A stretch of 64,000 nucleotides of DNA from Candidatus Parcubacteria bacterium (GCA_025999335.1 AP024681.1:523547-587546); one strand, 5' to 3'. Positions 19,142 through 29,604 are shown, counted from the stretch's first letter. The notes: generated by a model not told the origin, from the sequence alone. Program-made: numbers and translations.

Positions 19142-20704
19142 ATGATAGTCGCAAAAAGTTTTTTACTCATTATGAAAATTACAAAAACAATCCTGTTTAA
19201 TTTACTTTTTCTTATCGTCGCTTTATTATTTTCAATTGGCTTTAAACCTATTTTTAGCGCCAGCGTACCTCCTGAATTAGTTCAAGGCAATCCAACTTGT
19301 CAAAGCCTTGGTTATCAATATGAATTTAAAATAAGTCCTCCTAATAGTGGAACCTATTATCTTTTTGGAGATGTTGGTTCAATAACAGTGACCACCACTG
19401 GTCAAGGTACATTTGATTGGAGCTCTACTTTTGCTATTGATGCTGTTATTGCTAAGGGTGGTCCTAGCGCTAATGTTTATAAATATGATCCTCCTTCTGA
19501 ATCATTTAGCGATATAAATTTATCAACGCCTATTAACCAACAAAATAATAAACCTTATGGTTTGGGTCATATTAGTTTTTGTTTTGACATTGATCATCTT
19601 CAAATTTTTAAAACTGCTACTACTTCCTATGATAGAACTTGGAATTGGGATATAGAGAAAACAGCTAATCAATCAGATTTTGGAACAATTAATTTTGGAG
19701 AAATTAAAACAGCTACCTATACAGTAACACTTAGTGCGACTTCAACAGATAGTAACTGGAATGTTAGTGGAACAATAACCATTTTTAATGCCACCACAAA
19801 TCCAGCTGCAATTATTCAAAGTGTTTCTGATTTTCTTAACTTTTCAGGCACAGCGACAGTTACTTGCGGAGTAAGCTTCCCATATACTCTTCCAGGAGGG
19901 CAAACCTTAATTTGTACTTATTCTAAAAATGTTAACGGAACTAATGATAGTTTAAACACTGTTGAAGTTATGGCAATTACTTATTACGGTACTACTACCA
20001 ATAGTTCTGTTCTGATCGGTGGCGGAGTAACCGCTCCAGTAATTTGGGGAAATCCAAATCAAATTGATGAATGTGTGACTGTTAATGATTCTAATTCAAA
20101 TGGTCCTAAAAATCAAATAATTTGTAATACAGATTTAACTAATAATTCTTATACTTTTAATTATTCGGTAACGTTCAGCAAAGATCAAAACTCAGATGTT
20201 ATTTGGCAATGTAATCAAACCGAATATCAAAACACTGCTTCATTTATTGCTTCCGATACTTACACTGCTTCTTCGTCAAGTTGGATAATTAGAGGTAATA
20301 TTGAATGTCAAACTCAACAATTTTGTGCTTTCTCTCAAGGTTATTGGTTTGCTAAGCCTAATGTTGTTTGGCCAGATGTAAATGGTGGAAATTATGGACA
20401 AGTAACAATTGGTGGTTTCGATTATACCCAAAATGAGGGAAAAACAATCTGGAATACTTCTAATAAGGGAGGAATTAAAACAGTAAAGAAAGCTTTTTTA
20501 CAGGTTGCAGCAATTAAATTAAGCGGAGGTACGTCAAATAATTTGCCAGCCTCTGTTTGGGCAGATGTTCAACTTATAGAAAGTTGGCTTAATCAATTTG
20601 GTAAATTAAATCTTAATAATTTTCCTTCAATCAAAGATCAAGCAGTTTTTTCAGCTGCTGGTCGTTTGGGTGACTGGATTGACCAAAATCATTGCTCGGA
20701 CTAA
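19142..20704 (+). CDS. Secreted beta-rich surface protein
   Basis: Signal peptide; Thr/Asn/Ser-rich Ig-like strands; SQGYW motif. Confidence 0.7.
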   Translation: MIVAKSFLLIMKITKTILFNLLFLIVALLFSIGFKPIFSASVPPELVQGNPTCQSLGYQYEFKISPPNSGTYYLFGDVGSITVTTTGQGTFDWSSTFAIDAVIAKGGPSANVYKYDPPSESFSDINLSTPINQQNNKPYGLGHISFCFDIDHLQIFKTATTSYDRTWNWDIEKTANQSDFGTINFGEIKTATYTVTLSATSTDSNWNVSGTITIFNATTNPAAIIQSVSDFLNFSGTATVTCGVSFPYTLPGGQTLICTYSKNVNGTNDSLNTVEVMAITYYGTTTNSSVLIGGGVTAPVIWGNPNQIDECVTVNDSNSNGPKNQIICNTDLTNNSYTFNYSVTFSKDQNSDVIWQCNQTEYQNTASFIASDTYTASSSSWIIRGNIECQTQQFCAFSQGYWFAKPNVVWPDVNGGNYGQVTIGGFDYTQNEGKTIWNTSNKGGIKTVKKAFLQVAAIKLSGGTSNNLPASVWADVQLIESWLNQFGKLNLNNFPSIKDQAVFSAAGRLGDWIDQNHCSD

Positions 20705-20727
20705 AATATTTTTAATTTACTTTAACT

Positions 20728-20780
20728 AATGCACTGCAAAAGCAGCCGAAGTTGGGATTCAATATAGAGGTGAATGTAGA
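20728..20780 (+). repeat. 53-bp direct repeat, copy 2 (orphan Kazal 3' end)
   Basis: Identical to 19010-19062; continues ECRPSVNY* instead of ECRSFVSPY*. Confidence 0.95.
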
Positions 20781-20998
20781 CCATCAGTTAATTATTAATT
20801 CTTAAAATTATAAGCAATATAAACAGAAATAAAACATTCAATCCTTTAATGATAAATACCGATATCTGGTTATTTTGCTTTATTAGATTTGTCTTTATTA
20901 AGCAATGCTTTACCCAAGAAAAGATCTCTCTTTAAAAATTTATTCTTTTTAAAAAAGATTGTTAAAATTGAATTAATAAAAACTTTATTGTTATTTAA

Positions 20999-22762
20999 AT
21001 GAAAAAATTTTTATATCTGGGTATAGCTTTTTCTTTTTTATTATTGCCAACCGTTTTTGCAAATGTTGAGAATGCGTATGCTAACCCATATATTAAAGAT
21101 TTTGAAGCAAAAATTATCGTTAATAAGGATTCATCATTATTCATAACAGAAAAAATTGCTGTTTACTTTGGAGATAGTTTTGATAAAGGTATTTTATTGC
21201 GCGAATTACCAACCCAGATCAAAGTAGAGCAGGGAGTAATTAAAACGCCAGTTGAATTACTAATCGTAACTGATTTTGATACTAGAATTTTATATTATAA
21301 AGAAGATTATGATAATTTAAATCATGTAAAAATATTGAAAATTGAAAATCCTAATAAAACTACTAATGGTGTTAAATACTACAAAATATATTATTTAGTA
21401 AAGAATGCTATCGTTTCGCAAAATTCAGAATTCGATAAACTTTATTGGAATTTAAATGGTTACTTTGGTGACTTAATGATAGAAAATTTTAAAGCAGTAA
21501 TTACGTTTCCTAAAGAAATTAATTCACATAATACAAAAGTAGATTATTATATTGATTATTTTAATTTTAAAGACAAAAATTTGGTCAAATATCGTTGGTT
21601 GGATAATAATATTTTAGAATTTACTTCTTCAGCGATTCCTCAAAAAGGAAAAAGTATTATTGTTTCGTTAACTTTACCTAAAGGAATTTTTGCTTCACGT
21701 CAAATAAGTTTTTTTGAAAAATATAACGATTATTTAAATTATTTATCATTTTCAATCCCTCTAGTGACTTTAATTCTTTGCTTTTATTGGTGGTTAAAAT
21801 ATGGTAAAGATCCTATAGTCAGAAAACCCGTAGTTCCTGAATATGAACCTCCTGAAGGCTTATCTCCTCTAGAAATGGGAGTATTAATAATGAATGGAAG
21901 GTTTACTCCGGAATTGCTTGCTGCTGGAATTATGTATTTAGCTGGAAATGGATTAATAACGATTACAAGGTTGGAACAATCTTTGCTTGGTATTCCAGCA
22001 ACAGATTACAAAATTAAAAAAACAGAACTTGGGAAACAAAAAAGTAATATTGATATTAGCGATCAAAAAAATATTCTTCCCGAATTTGTGCTTCTTGCGA
22101 AACTTCCTGATGAATTTTTGATTTCATCTTTAAAGCATAAATTTAACAAAGAATTTATAGATATTCAAAATTATATTCATAATTCTTTAATAAAAAAGAA
22201 TATTTTTACTAGCGAAGGATTAAGATTAGTGAATTTTTGCTTTAGTATGGTTTTTGTTCTTTTTTTATTAGGAATTTTATCAACTTTTATATCGTTGGTA
22301 TTAGATGAAGTATTATTTACTATGATGATATTTGCAAGCGCTTTTATATTTTTTTTATTTGGACTAATTATGTCTAAAGTAACTCCAAAGGGTGCTGAAA
22401 TTTTATGGAGAATCAAAGGGTTTGAGCTTTATCTTGAAACTGCCGAACAATATCGTCAACAATTTTATGAACAGGAAAATGTTTTTGATAAATTTCTTCC
22501 CTATGCGATGGTCTTTGGTATTGCCCATTCGTGGGTTAGAACAATCAGTGAACTTTACGAAAAAAGTCCTGGCACAACTGATCCTTTGTGGTACCGTAAA
22601 TTCTATGATAACACGTCTAATGTTAATGTTGACGAATTTATTTCTACTTTAAATAATACTTCTTTAAGTGTTGCTTCTATTGTTGATATTAATAAAAGCG
22701 ATTCTAATGCCGACCGTAATGTTGGAGATAAGAAAGGGAAGGATAGTGAAGTTAAAATGTAA
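20999..22762 (+). CDS. DUF2207 membrane protein
   Basis: LYWN, YGKDP..PEYEPP.LSP, GF.LYL..AE and LPYAMVFG motifs. Confidence 0.9.
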   Translation: MKKFLYLGIAFSFLLLPTVFANVENAYANPYIKDFEAKIIVNKDSSLFITEKIAVYFGDSFDKGILLRELPTQIKVEQGVIKTPVELLIVTDFDTRILYYKEDYDNLNHVKILKIENPNKTTNGVKYYKIYYLVKNAIVSQNSEFDKLYWNLNGYFGDLMIENFKAVITFPKEINSHNTKVDYYIDYFNFKDKNLVKYRWLDNNILEFTSSAIPQKGKSIIVSLTLPKGIFASRQISFFEKYNDYLNYLSFSIPLVTLILCFYWWLKYGKDPIVRKPVVPEYEPPEGLSPLEMGVLIMNGRFTPELLAAGIMYLAGNGLITITRLEQSLLGIPATDYKIKKTELGKQKSNIDISDQKNILPEFVLLAKLPDEFLISSLKHKFNKEFIDIQNYIHNSLIKKNIFTSEGLRLVNFCFSMVFVLFLLGILSTFISLVLDEVLFTMMIFASAFIFFLFGLIMSKVTPKGAEILWRIKGFELYLETAEQYRQQFYEQENVFDKFLPYAMVFGIAHSWVRTISELYEKSPGTTDPLWYRKFYDNTSNVNVDEFISTLNNTSLSVASIVDINKSDSNADRNVGDKKGKDSEVKM

Positions 22763-23062
22763 AGAAGAATTTTTTGCTTTTGCCTTAATTATATTAAAGT
22801 GATGTTTTTTAAGCTTGTTAGAAGAAAAAGCAACTAAAGAGTTAGAAGATGATTTTGAAATTAAAACAAAAAAACTGAAAGAAAGTTGATAAAATAGTAA
22901 TTATGTAATTTTTAGTTTTTTATAATAAAGTTTTTTATTTCTAATTAAATTATTAAAAACTGTTAAACTATAAAAAATAGAATTTTGGCGATAAAACTCA
23001 ATTAGCTTTGAATAAAGTTAATTAAAATAATATTAACAATTAGCATAATCTTGCAAAAAATG

Positions 23063-23094
23063 ATATTCCAACATTCTTAAGAATGTTGGAATAT
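23063..23094. repeat. Perfect 32-bp palindrome, copy 1
   Basis: ATATTCCAACATTCTT|AAGAATGTTGGAATAT. Confidence 0.95.
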
Positions 23095-23121
23095 TTTTTA
23101 TAGTAAAATAATAGTTAGAAG

Positions 23122-23418
23122 ATGAAAGATAAAGATAAAAAGGTAAAAACAGCAAAGCAATTAGAAAGATATTTTAAAGGAGTAGCTAATCATCGGAGGA
23201 TCGAAATTTTATATTTAATCGCTGAACAAGAAGGCATAACCCTTGATGGTATCGCCGGAATTTTAAATTGTAATTTTAAAACAGCTTCTGAACATACACG
23301 TCGATTGGTCCAAGCTGGTCTTGTTAAGAAAGAATATCAAGGAAGATGGGTTGTTCATTTTCTTACTCCTTATGGTAAGCGTTTTTTAGAATTCATAAAA
23401 ACATTCCAACATTCTTAA
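23122..23418 (+). CDS. ArsR-like winged-helix protein
   Basis: FKGVANHRRIEIL..SEHTRRLVQAGLV..GRWV; stop codon lies inside palindrome copy 2. Confidence 0.85.
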   Translation: MKDKDKKVKTAKQLERYFKGVANHRRIEILYLIAEQEGITLDGIAGILNCNFKTASEHTRRLVQAGLVKKEYQGRWVVHFLTPYGKRFLEFIKTFQHS

Positions 23419-23433
23419 GAATGTTGGAATGTT
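23400..23433. repeat. Perfect 34-bp palindrome, copy 2
   Basis: AACATTCCAACATTCTT|AAGAATGTTGGAATGTT. Confidence 0.95.
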
Positions 23434-23452
23434 GTTTGTTATTTAATTCATT

Positions 23453-24109
23453 ATGAAACTTTATATTGTTCCAACGCCGATTGGAAATTTAAAGGATATT
23501 ACTTTGAGAGCTTTGGAGGTTTTAAGGTCAGTTAATTATATTGTTTGTGAAGACACCCGAAGAACAAAAATTTTACTTGATCATTATGACATTAAAGATA
23601 AAAAGTTAATTTCCTATTTTGCGCCAAGAGAAGAGAAGAAAATTCCAATGATTTTAGAAGTTTTAGAAAAAGAGGATATTGCTTTAGTTGTTGACGCCGG
23701 AATGCCAGGAATTTCTGACCCGGGATATAAATTGATTAAAACATCCTTAGAGCAGGGAATTGAAGTTGAAACTTTACCAGGACCGTCGGCATTTTTGACT
23801 GCTCTTATTGGTTCAGGATTGCCAACTGATAAGTTTTTATTTTTAGGATTTTTGCCAAAAAAAGGATTAGAAAATTATTTAAACAAATTTAAAGATTTAG
23901 AAGCTACAATAATTTTTTACGAATCGCCGCAAAGAATTTTAAAAACTTTAGATGTTATTGAAAATATTTTTGGAGATGGTTATCTTGTTATCGCTCGTGA
24001 GATTTCAAAAATCTATGAAGAATACATAAGAGGTAAGTTAAAAGAAATAAAAGAAAAATTAAAAGATAAAAAACTAAAAGGAGAGATGACGGTTGTTTTT
24101 AGAAGTTAA
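23453..24109 (+). CDS. rsmI: 16S rRNA C1402 2'-O-methyltransferase
   Basis: LYIVPTPIGNL.DIT.RA, CEDTR, DAG.PGISDPG, YESP.R and KGE motifs. Confidence 0.95.
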   Translation: MKLYIVPTPIGNLKDITLRALEVLRSVNYIVCEDTRRTKILLDHYDIKDKKLISYFAPREEKKIPMILEVLEKEDIALVVDAGMPGISDPGYKLIKTSLEQGIEVETLPGPSAFLTALIGSGLPTDKFLFLGFLPKKGLENYLNKFKDLEATIIFYESPQRILKTLDVIENIFGDGYLVIAREISKIYEEYIRGKLKEIKEKLKDKKLKGEMTVVFRS

Positions 24110-24164
24110 GCTTTTGCAGGGAGGATAAATAAAATTATATGTTTTTTATTTTTTTTAAAGAAGA

Positions 24165-24200
24165 AAGCGACATTAATGTCGCTTCTTTCTTTTTTTCTTT
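24165..24200. terminator. Likely bidirectional terminator
   Basis: Palindrome AAGCGACATTAATGTCGCTT flanked by A-rich and T-rich runs between convergent genes. Confidence 0.65.
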
Positions 24201-24331
24201 CGCGGTGGTGGTGGTATGTATGGTTTTAGAGGAAAGAGCTTATAATAAATTATTCCTCCAATTATCACAAAAGAAAATCTTATAAGAACCACCGGAAAGA
24301 AAACATTCATAAAATAATCAAAATAGTTCAT
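24173..24331 (-). CDS. Small membrane protein (52 aa), not in the ORF track
   Basis: MNYFDYFMNVFFPVVLIRFSFVIIGGIIYYKLFPLKPYIPPPPRKKKRKKRH; strong SD AAAGGAGGTG just upstream. Confidence 0.7.
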   Translation of the reverse strand: MNYFDYFMNVFFPVVLIRFSFVIIGGIIYYKLFPLKPYIPPPPRKKKRKKRH

Positions 24332-24406
24332 AACACACCTCCTTTAGTATTCTAACCTAAATTATAAAATATTTTTTATTAAATAGTGAATAGGTGAATA
24401 AATTTT

Positions 24407-24997
24407 TTATAAATATTCAGGTATTGAGAAACTAGCAAATTCTTTTAAGATATTCTTTTTGTATATTAATCTAGCCAATGCTTCTGCTTCTAATTTGGCA
24501 CCTGTAAGAGCATTGTGGGGTTTGGGTTCATCAGGTAAGCCAACATAGTTTAATATTTTGTCTAAATTTAAATCTGTGCGTCCATTTTTTATAGGTATAG
24601 GGATATTTTTTTGTAAACAATGAGCAAAACATATAGAATGTAAATCAATAATACGATGACCTAATTTCCAGTCAATGTTATATCTTAAAAAACTATGCCT
24701 TAAGAATTCTAAGTCAAAAAATGTGTTATGGCCAGCTAAAATTTTATTTTCAATTGGAGTTATCCATTCTATAAATAATTTAATAATTTCTTCTAAACTT
24801 TTTTTCTTAGGGTTTTTAATCTCGTTTTCAGTAAAGCCATTAATTGCTAAAGCCTCTAGAGATATTTCAGCTCCTTCAAATATATAGCATTCTTCATAAA
24901 ATTGATTTTCTGGTTGTTTAAAATCAATAGCTCCTATGCTTAAAATAGAATGTTTACGTGGATCAACTCCGCTTGTTTCTATGTCAACAACTATCAT
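24407..24997 (-). CDS. DEDDh 3'-5' exonuclease
   Basis: DIETSG, GHN..FD, ID and HNAL motifs. Confidence 0.9.
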   Translation of the reverse strand: MIVVDIETSGVDPRKHSILSIGAIDFKQPENQFYEECYIFEGAEISLEALAINGFTENEIKNPKKKSLEEIIKLFIEWITPIENKILAGHNTFFDLEFLRHSFLRYNIDWKLGHRIIDLHSICFAHCLQKNIPIPIKNGRTDLNLDKILNYVGLPDEPKPHNALTGAKLEAEALARLIYKKNILKEFASFSIPEYL

Positions 24998-25101
24998 TTT
25001 TAAACAATCATAATTTAATTAAGGTAAAATAAATATCAAAATTGGGCATTTTTATATTATAACATAATATATAAATATATAATTTAAAATATATTAAATA
25101 A

Positions 25102-27777
25102 ATGAATTTTCATAGTTTATCAATCGAAGAAGCAATAAATAATTTAGAAAGTCATATAAAAGGTTTATCTTCCGAGGAAGCCGAGAAAAGATTAAAAAAA
25201 TTTGGTTTTAACATTTTGCCTGAAGAAAAAGAAGAATCTTATATATTTATATTTATAAAACAATTTAAAAATATTTTTAACATTGTTTTGGGATTAGTTT
25301 TAGTAATTTCTTTGTATCTTGGCAAAAATAACGATGCTTTAGTTGTTGCTGTTATAATGTTGATTAATGCTTTATTAGGTTTTGTATTTGAAATTAGAAC
25401 AAAAAATGCTTTGACTAAACTGCGGGCTTTATTTAGGCCCATGGCAAAAGTTTTTCGTGATCATGAATTGATTGAATTAGATGCTGCTTTTTTAGTTCCA
25501 GGTGACATTATTTTAGTTGAAGAAGGAGATTATTTGCCTGCAGATGTGAGATTTATAGAAGTTGATAGTTTAAAAATTGACGAGTCTACTTTAACGGGAG
25601 AATCTTTGCCAGTAGAAAAAAATATTGATAAGTTGCCAGAGGATACTAATATTGCCGATCAAAATAATATCGGTTTTATGGGAACTTATACGCTTGAAGG
25701 CAAAGGAAGGGGAATTGTTTTTAGAACCGGCGTTAATACTTATATAGGTACTATTTACGAGAAATATAAAGCTATCGAAGTACTTTCGCCTCATTTTCAA
25801 AAGTTATTTAGAGATTTGATATTAAAAATGATTTTAATTGCAGCTGCTTCGGGATTACTATTAATTTATTTTACTTTACGCAATCATTATACCTTTATTG
25901 ATTCTCTTGTTTTTATGTTAGCTGCTTTTGTTTCGGCAGTTCCCGAAGGTTTACCGGTGATAATTAGTGTTTTACTTGTTTTAAGCGCCTATAATTTGTA
26001 TAAAAAAAATGTTTTAGTAAAAAATTTACAGGCAACAGAAAACTTTTCAGTTATAAATTTACTTCTTTCTGATAAAACCGGTACTCTGACTAAAAATGTA
26101 ATGACGATACGAAAAATTTATGCAGATAACAAAGAAATAGAGGTTACTGGAGATGGTTATGATATGAAAGGTGACTTTATGATTGCTGATAAATATTTTG
26201 ATGTTTTAAATAATCAGGTTATGAAAAAACTTTTTGAAGCGATAGCTACGCTTGTTGAAGGTGAAATTATTAAAGATCATTCAGCGATTTTTAAAGGTAA
26301 TGCTCGTGACATAGCTTTATTAATTTTATTGGAGAAAGCTCGTCTTAAAAAGGAATTGCTTTTGGAAGATGTAACAATTACTAATAAAGAACCTTTTTCA
26401 CGAAGTAGTAAATTAAAATCAGTCACTATAAACAATAAAGGTGAGATTATTAATTATTATATAGGAGCGTTTGAAAATATTTTGCATCAAAGTCAAAAAG
26501 TGTTTACTTCTGAAGGTATTGTCGATTTTAATAACAAGGAGGCAATTTTGAATAAAGCTTTAGAGTATACTAATAAAGGTTTTTCTGTTTTAGGCATTAG
26601 TTTTAAAAACGAGGGTGCTGATCAACCTGTTGTATTTATTGGTTTATTAGCTTTTTATGATCCTCCCAAAGAAGAAGTTAAAGATGTTTTGCTTAAATTA
26701 AAAAGAGCGGGCATTGATGTGCGTATTTTAACCGGTGATCATAAAAACACAGCTATTGCTATAGCAAAAGAAATAGGTTTTGAAAATTGCAATGCTTTGA
26801 ATAACGAAGAAGTAGAACAATTATTGAACCATCCTGATAGTATAAATGATAAAAGAATTGTGCAACAGATGTTAGATACATATATTTTTGCACGTATTAC
26901 CCCTGAAACAAAAATGACGATTTTAGATTTTTATCAAAAACTGAATTTTTCTGTAGCTTACATAGGTGATGGCGTGAATGATGTTTTATGTCTTAAAAAA
27001 GCTGACATAGGAGTTAGTATGGGAAGTCGCAGCGCTGATATTGCTAAATCAGCTAGCGATATTATTTTAGTTGACGATAATCTGACGAGTTTGTTATCAG
27101 GCGTTGTTGAAGGTAGAAGAATTTTTGATAATTTAAGAAGAGTTGTTTTCTTTCTTATTACTACTAATGTCGCTGAAAGTTTAACGATTATTGGTGCTTT
27201 GTTTTTGGGTTATCCTTTTATTTTAAAACCTACACATATTTTATTTTTGAATTTTGTTACTGATACTTTAGTAGGAACAAGTTTAGCTTTTGAAAAAGGA
27301 TCAGGCAATGAATTAAAGTTACCTCCGCGTAATCCTAAAGAATCAATAATCACCTGGCAATTATTGCCGTTTCTTATTATTATGGCTTCATCGATGATGG
27401 TTTTAGCGATTTATACTTTTGATAGTTTCTATAGGATAACAGGTGACTATAATTTAGACACAGCGCGAACCTATGCTTTTTTAGTAATGAGCTTTACGCA
27501 ATTATATAATGCTATTAATTTACGAAGTTTGCATAACAGTTCACTTAAATTAAGTTTTAGACAAAATAAATATTTATTAACAGGCATAATTCTTTCATCT
27601 TTTTTACAAATTTTTGTTTTATATAATGAAAGATTAAGGAATTTTTTAGGTTTTGATTTTGTGAATATTTTTGATATAGTAATCATAATATTAATGAGTT
27701 CTATTGTTTTAGTTGTTGGCGAGTTATACAAATATACAAGGAAAAAGTTATACAATAGAACCAGCGAGAATAAATAA
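25102..27777 (+). CDS. Cation-transporting P-type ATPase (type II, Ca2+-like)
   Basis: TGES, PEGL, DKTGT, TGD and GDGVND motifs. Confidence 0.95.
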   Translation: MNFHSLSIEEAINNLESHIKGLSSEEAEKRLKKFGFNILPEEKEESYIFIFIKQFKNIFNIVLGLVLVISLYLGKNNDALVVAVIMLINALLGFVFEIRTKNALTKLRALFRPMAKVFRDHELIELDAAFLVPGDIILVEEGDYLPADVRFIEVDSLKIDESTLTGESLPVEKNIDKLPEDTNIADQNNIGFMGTYTLEGKGRGIVFRTGVNTYIGTIYEKYKAIEVLSPHFQKLFRDLILKMILIAAASGLLLIYFTLRNHYTFIDSLVFMLAAFVSAVPEGLPVIISVLLVLSAYNLYKKNVLVKNLQATENFSVINLLLSDKTGTLTKNVMTIRKIYADNKEIEVTGDGYDMKGDFMIADKYFDVLNNQVMKKLFEAIATLVEGEIIKDHSAIFKGNARDIALLILLEKARLKKELLLEDVTITNKEPFSRSSKLKSVTINNKGEIINYYIGAFENILHQSQKVFTSEGIVDFNNKEAILNKALEYTNKGFSVLGISFKNEGADQPVVFIGLLAFYDPPKEEVKDVLLKLKRAGIDVRILTGDHKNTAIAIAKEIGFENCNALNNEEVEQLLNHPDSINDKRIVQQMLDTYIFARITPETKMTILDFYQKLNFSVAYIGDGVNDVLCLKKADIGVSMGSRSADIAKSASDIILVDDNLTSLLSGVVEGRRIFDNLRRVVFFLITTNVAESLTIIGALFLGYPFILKPTHILFLNFVTDTLVGTSLAFEKGSGNELKLPPRNPKESIITWQLLPFLIIMASSMMVLAIYTFDSFYRITGDYNLDTARTYAFLVMSFTQLYNAINLRSLHNSSLKLSFRQNKYLLTGIILSSFLQIFVLYNERLRNFLGFDFVNIFDIVIIILMSSIVLVVGELYKYTRKKLYNRTSENK

Positions 27778-27823
27778 GTTTAGCGGTTTATTTAATTAAA
27801 ATATTAATTAAATATTTTTAATA

Positions 27824-29527
27824 ATGCTTAATAATTTTTTTTTAAAAAAGAAAAACGTTAAATATATTTTTGTTTGTGGCGGAGTTATGTCGGGCGTTGG
27901 TAAGGGAATAGCTACCTCATCTATTGCACGAATATTAGCTTGGCATGGCTATCAAACTACTTGTATCAAAATTGATCCTTATGTTAATGTTGATGCGGGG
28001 ACAATGAATCCGGTTGAACATGGCGAAGTTTTTGTTTTAAAAGATGGCACTGAATGTGATCAAGATATGGGACACTATGAAAGATTTTTAAATAAAGAAT
28101 TGACTAAGGAAAATTATATGACTACTGGCAGTGTTTATTTATCTTTAATCCAAAAAGAAAGAAGTTTATATTTTGATGGCAAGTGCGTTGAGGTTGTGCC
28201 GCATGTACCTCTTGAAGTTATTGATAAAATAAACAAAGCTCAAAAATTATCAAAAGCTGACATTGTTATTACCGAAATAGGTGGAACGATTGGCGAGTAT
28301 CAAAATCTTTTGTTTCTTGAAGCTGTTAGAATTTTAAAATTAAAATATCCCCAAGATGTTCTTTTGATTATGGTTAGCTATCTTCCTTATCAAGGCGAAG
28401 GTATGGAATTAAAAACTAAACCAACTCAATATGCTATTAGAAGTTTAAATTCCGCTGGTTTACAGCCAGATTTTATTTTAGCCCGCGCTATTATACCTCT
28501 TGACGATAATCGTAAGCAAAAAATTGCTTTTAATTGCAATTTAAATCCTGATGATGTTATTTCAGCTCCGGATGAGAATAATATTTATAAAATTCCCTTA
28601 AATTTTGAGAAAGATAAGCTTGGTATTAAAATTCTGTCTAAACTTAAGTTACGTCCTAAACGATCGCTTGCAAATGGTAGATCATTGTGGATTAAAAGAT
28701 TAGAGCAGATTAGACGAGCTACGAAAGAGATAAAAATTGGTATTGTTGGTAAATATTTTAAAACAGGCGATTTTGTTCTTTCTGATTCTTATATTTCAGT
28801 AATCGAGGCTATTAAGCATGCTAGTTGGTTTTTAGGTTATTTACCAAAAATTGATTGGTTAAATGCAGACGAGTTTGAAATAAATTCATCTAATTTATCG
28901 ATTTTAAAAAATTATCACGGTATTATTATCCCTGGTGGTTTTGGTAGTCGTGGCGTTGAAGGGAAGATTATGGCAATTAAATATTGTCGTCAAAATAAAA
29001 TTCCTTGTTTTGGTTTATGTTATGGTTTGCAGTTGATGATTGTTGAATTTGCTCGTAATATTTGTGGTTTGAAGGGTGCACACACAACCGAAGTTAATCC
29101 AAAAACAAAATATCCTGTTGTTGATATTTTAGAGGAACAAAAGAAATTGTTGAAGGAAAAACTTTATGGAGGTACTATGAGATTAGGAGATTGGGAATGC
29201 CAAATTAAAAAAGGGACAATTGCTTATGAAGCTTATAAAAAGATCTATGTTAATCAGCGTAAGCAACCTGCATTCATTAGTGTTCTTGAAAGACATCGTC
29301 ATCGTTATGAAATCAATCCTAAATATCATAAAATCTTACAAAAATACGGTTTTGTTTTTTCGGGTACGTCGCAAAAAGGTATTTTAGTGGAGATTGGTGA
29401 ACTTCCTCAAAAAATTCATCCTTTCTTTCTCGGTACTCAATTTCATCCTGAATTTAAGTCAAGATTTCTTCATCCTCATCCTTTATTTGTTGAATTTATC
29501 AGAGCTTCTAGTTTAAATGCAGCTTAA
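27824..29527 (+). CDS. pyrG: CTP synthase
   Basis: GGVMSGVGKG, KIDPYVNVDAGTM, KTKPTQ, GLCYGLQ, RHRHRYE, QFHPEF. Confidence 0.98.
   Translation: MLNNFFLKKKNVKYIFVCGGVMSGVGKGIATSSIARILAWHGYQTTCIKIDPYVNVDAGTMNPVEHGEVFVLKDGTECDQDMGHYERFLNKELTKENYMTTGSVYLSLIQKERSLYFDGKCVEVVPHVPLEVIDKINKAQKLSKADIVITEIGGTIGEYQNLLFLEAVRILKLKYPQDVLLIMVSYLPYQGEGMELKTKPTQYAIRSLNSAGLQPDFILARAIIPLDDNRKQKIAFNCNLNPDDVISAPDENNIYKIPLNFEKDKLGIKILSKLKLRPKRSLANGRSLWIKRLEQIRRATKEIKIGIVGKYFKTGDFVLSDSYISVIEAIKHASWFLGYLPKIDWLNADEFEINSSNLSILKNYHGIIIPGGFGSRGVEGKIMAIKYCRQNKIPCFGLCYGLQLMIVEFARNICGLKGAHTTEVNPKTKYPVVDILEEQKKLLKEKLYGGTMRLGDWECQIKKGTIAYEAYKKIYVNQRKQPAFISVLERHRHRYEINPKYHKILQKYGFVFSGTSQKGILVEIGELPQKIHPFFLGTQFHPEFKSRFLHPHPLFVEFIRASSLNAA
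29243..29284 (+). repeat. Degenerate half-element of paired ATC(A/T)GCGT-like units, in frame in pyrG
   Basis: ATCTATGT-TA-ATCAGCGT..ACCTGCAT-TC-ATTAGTGT; extra residues just before ERHRHR. Confidence 0.5.
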
Positions 29528-29572
29528 TCTACATCGACGTACGCAAACTCAAACACACCATACCTTTTGAAA

Positions 29573-29604
29573 ACATTCCAACATTCTTAAGAATGTTGGA
29601 ATGT
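29573..29604. repeat. Perfect 32-bp palindrome, copy 3 (intergenic, between convergent genes)
   Basis: ACATTCCAACATTCTT|AAGAATGTTGGAATGT. Confidence 0.95.

Noticed and set aside
19010-20780. Diversity-generating retroelement TR/VR pair
   Set aside because: The copies are identical with no adenine-specific mismatches, and no reverse transcriptase is in the window.
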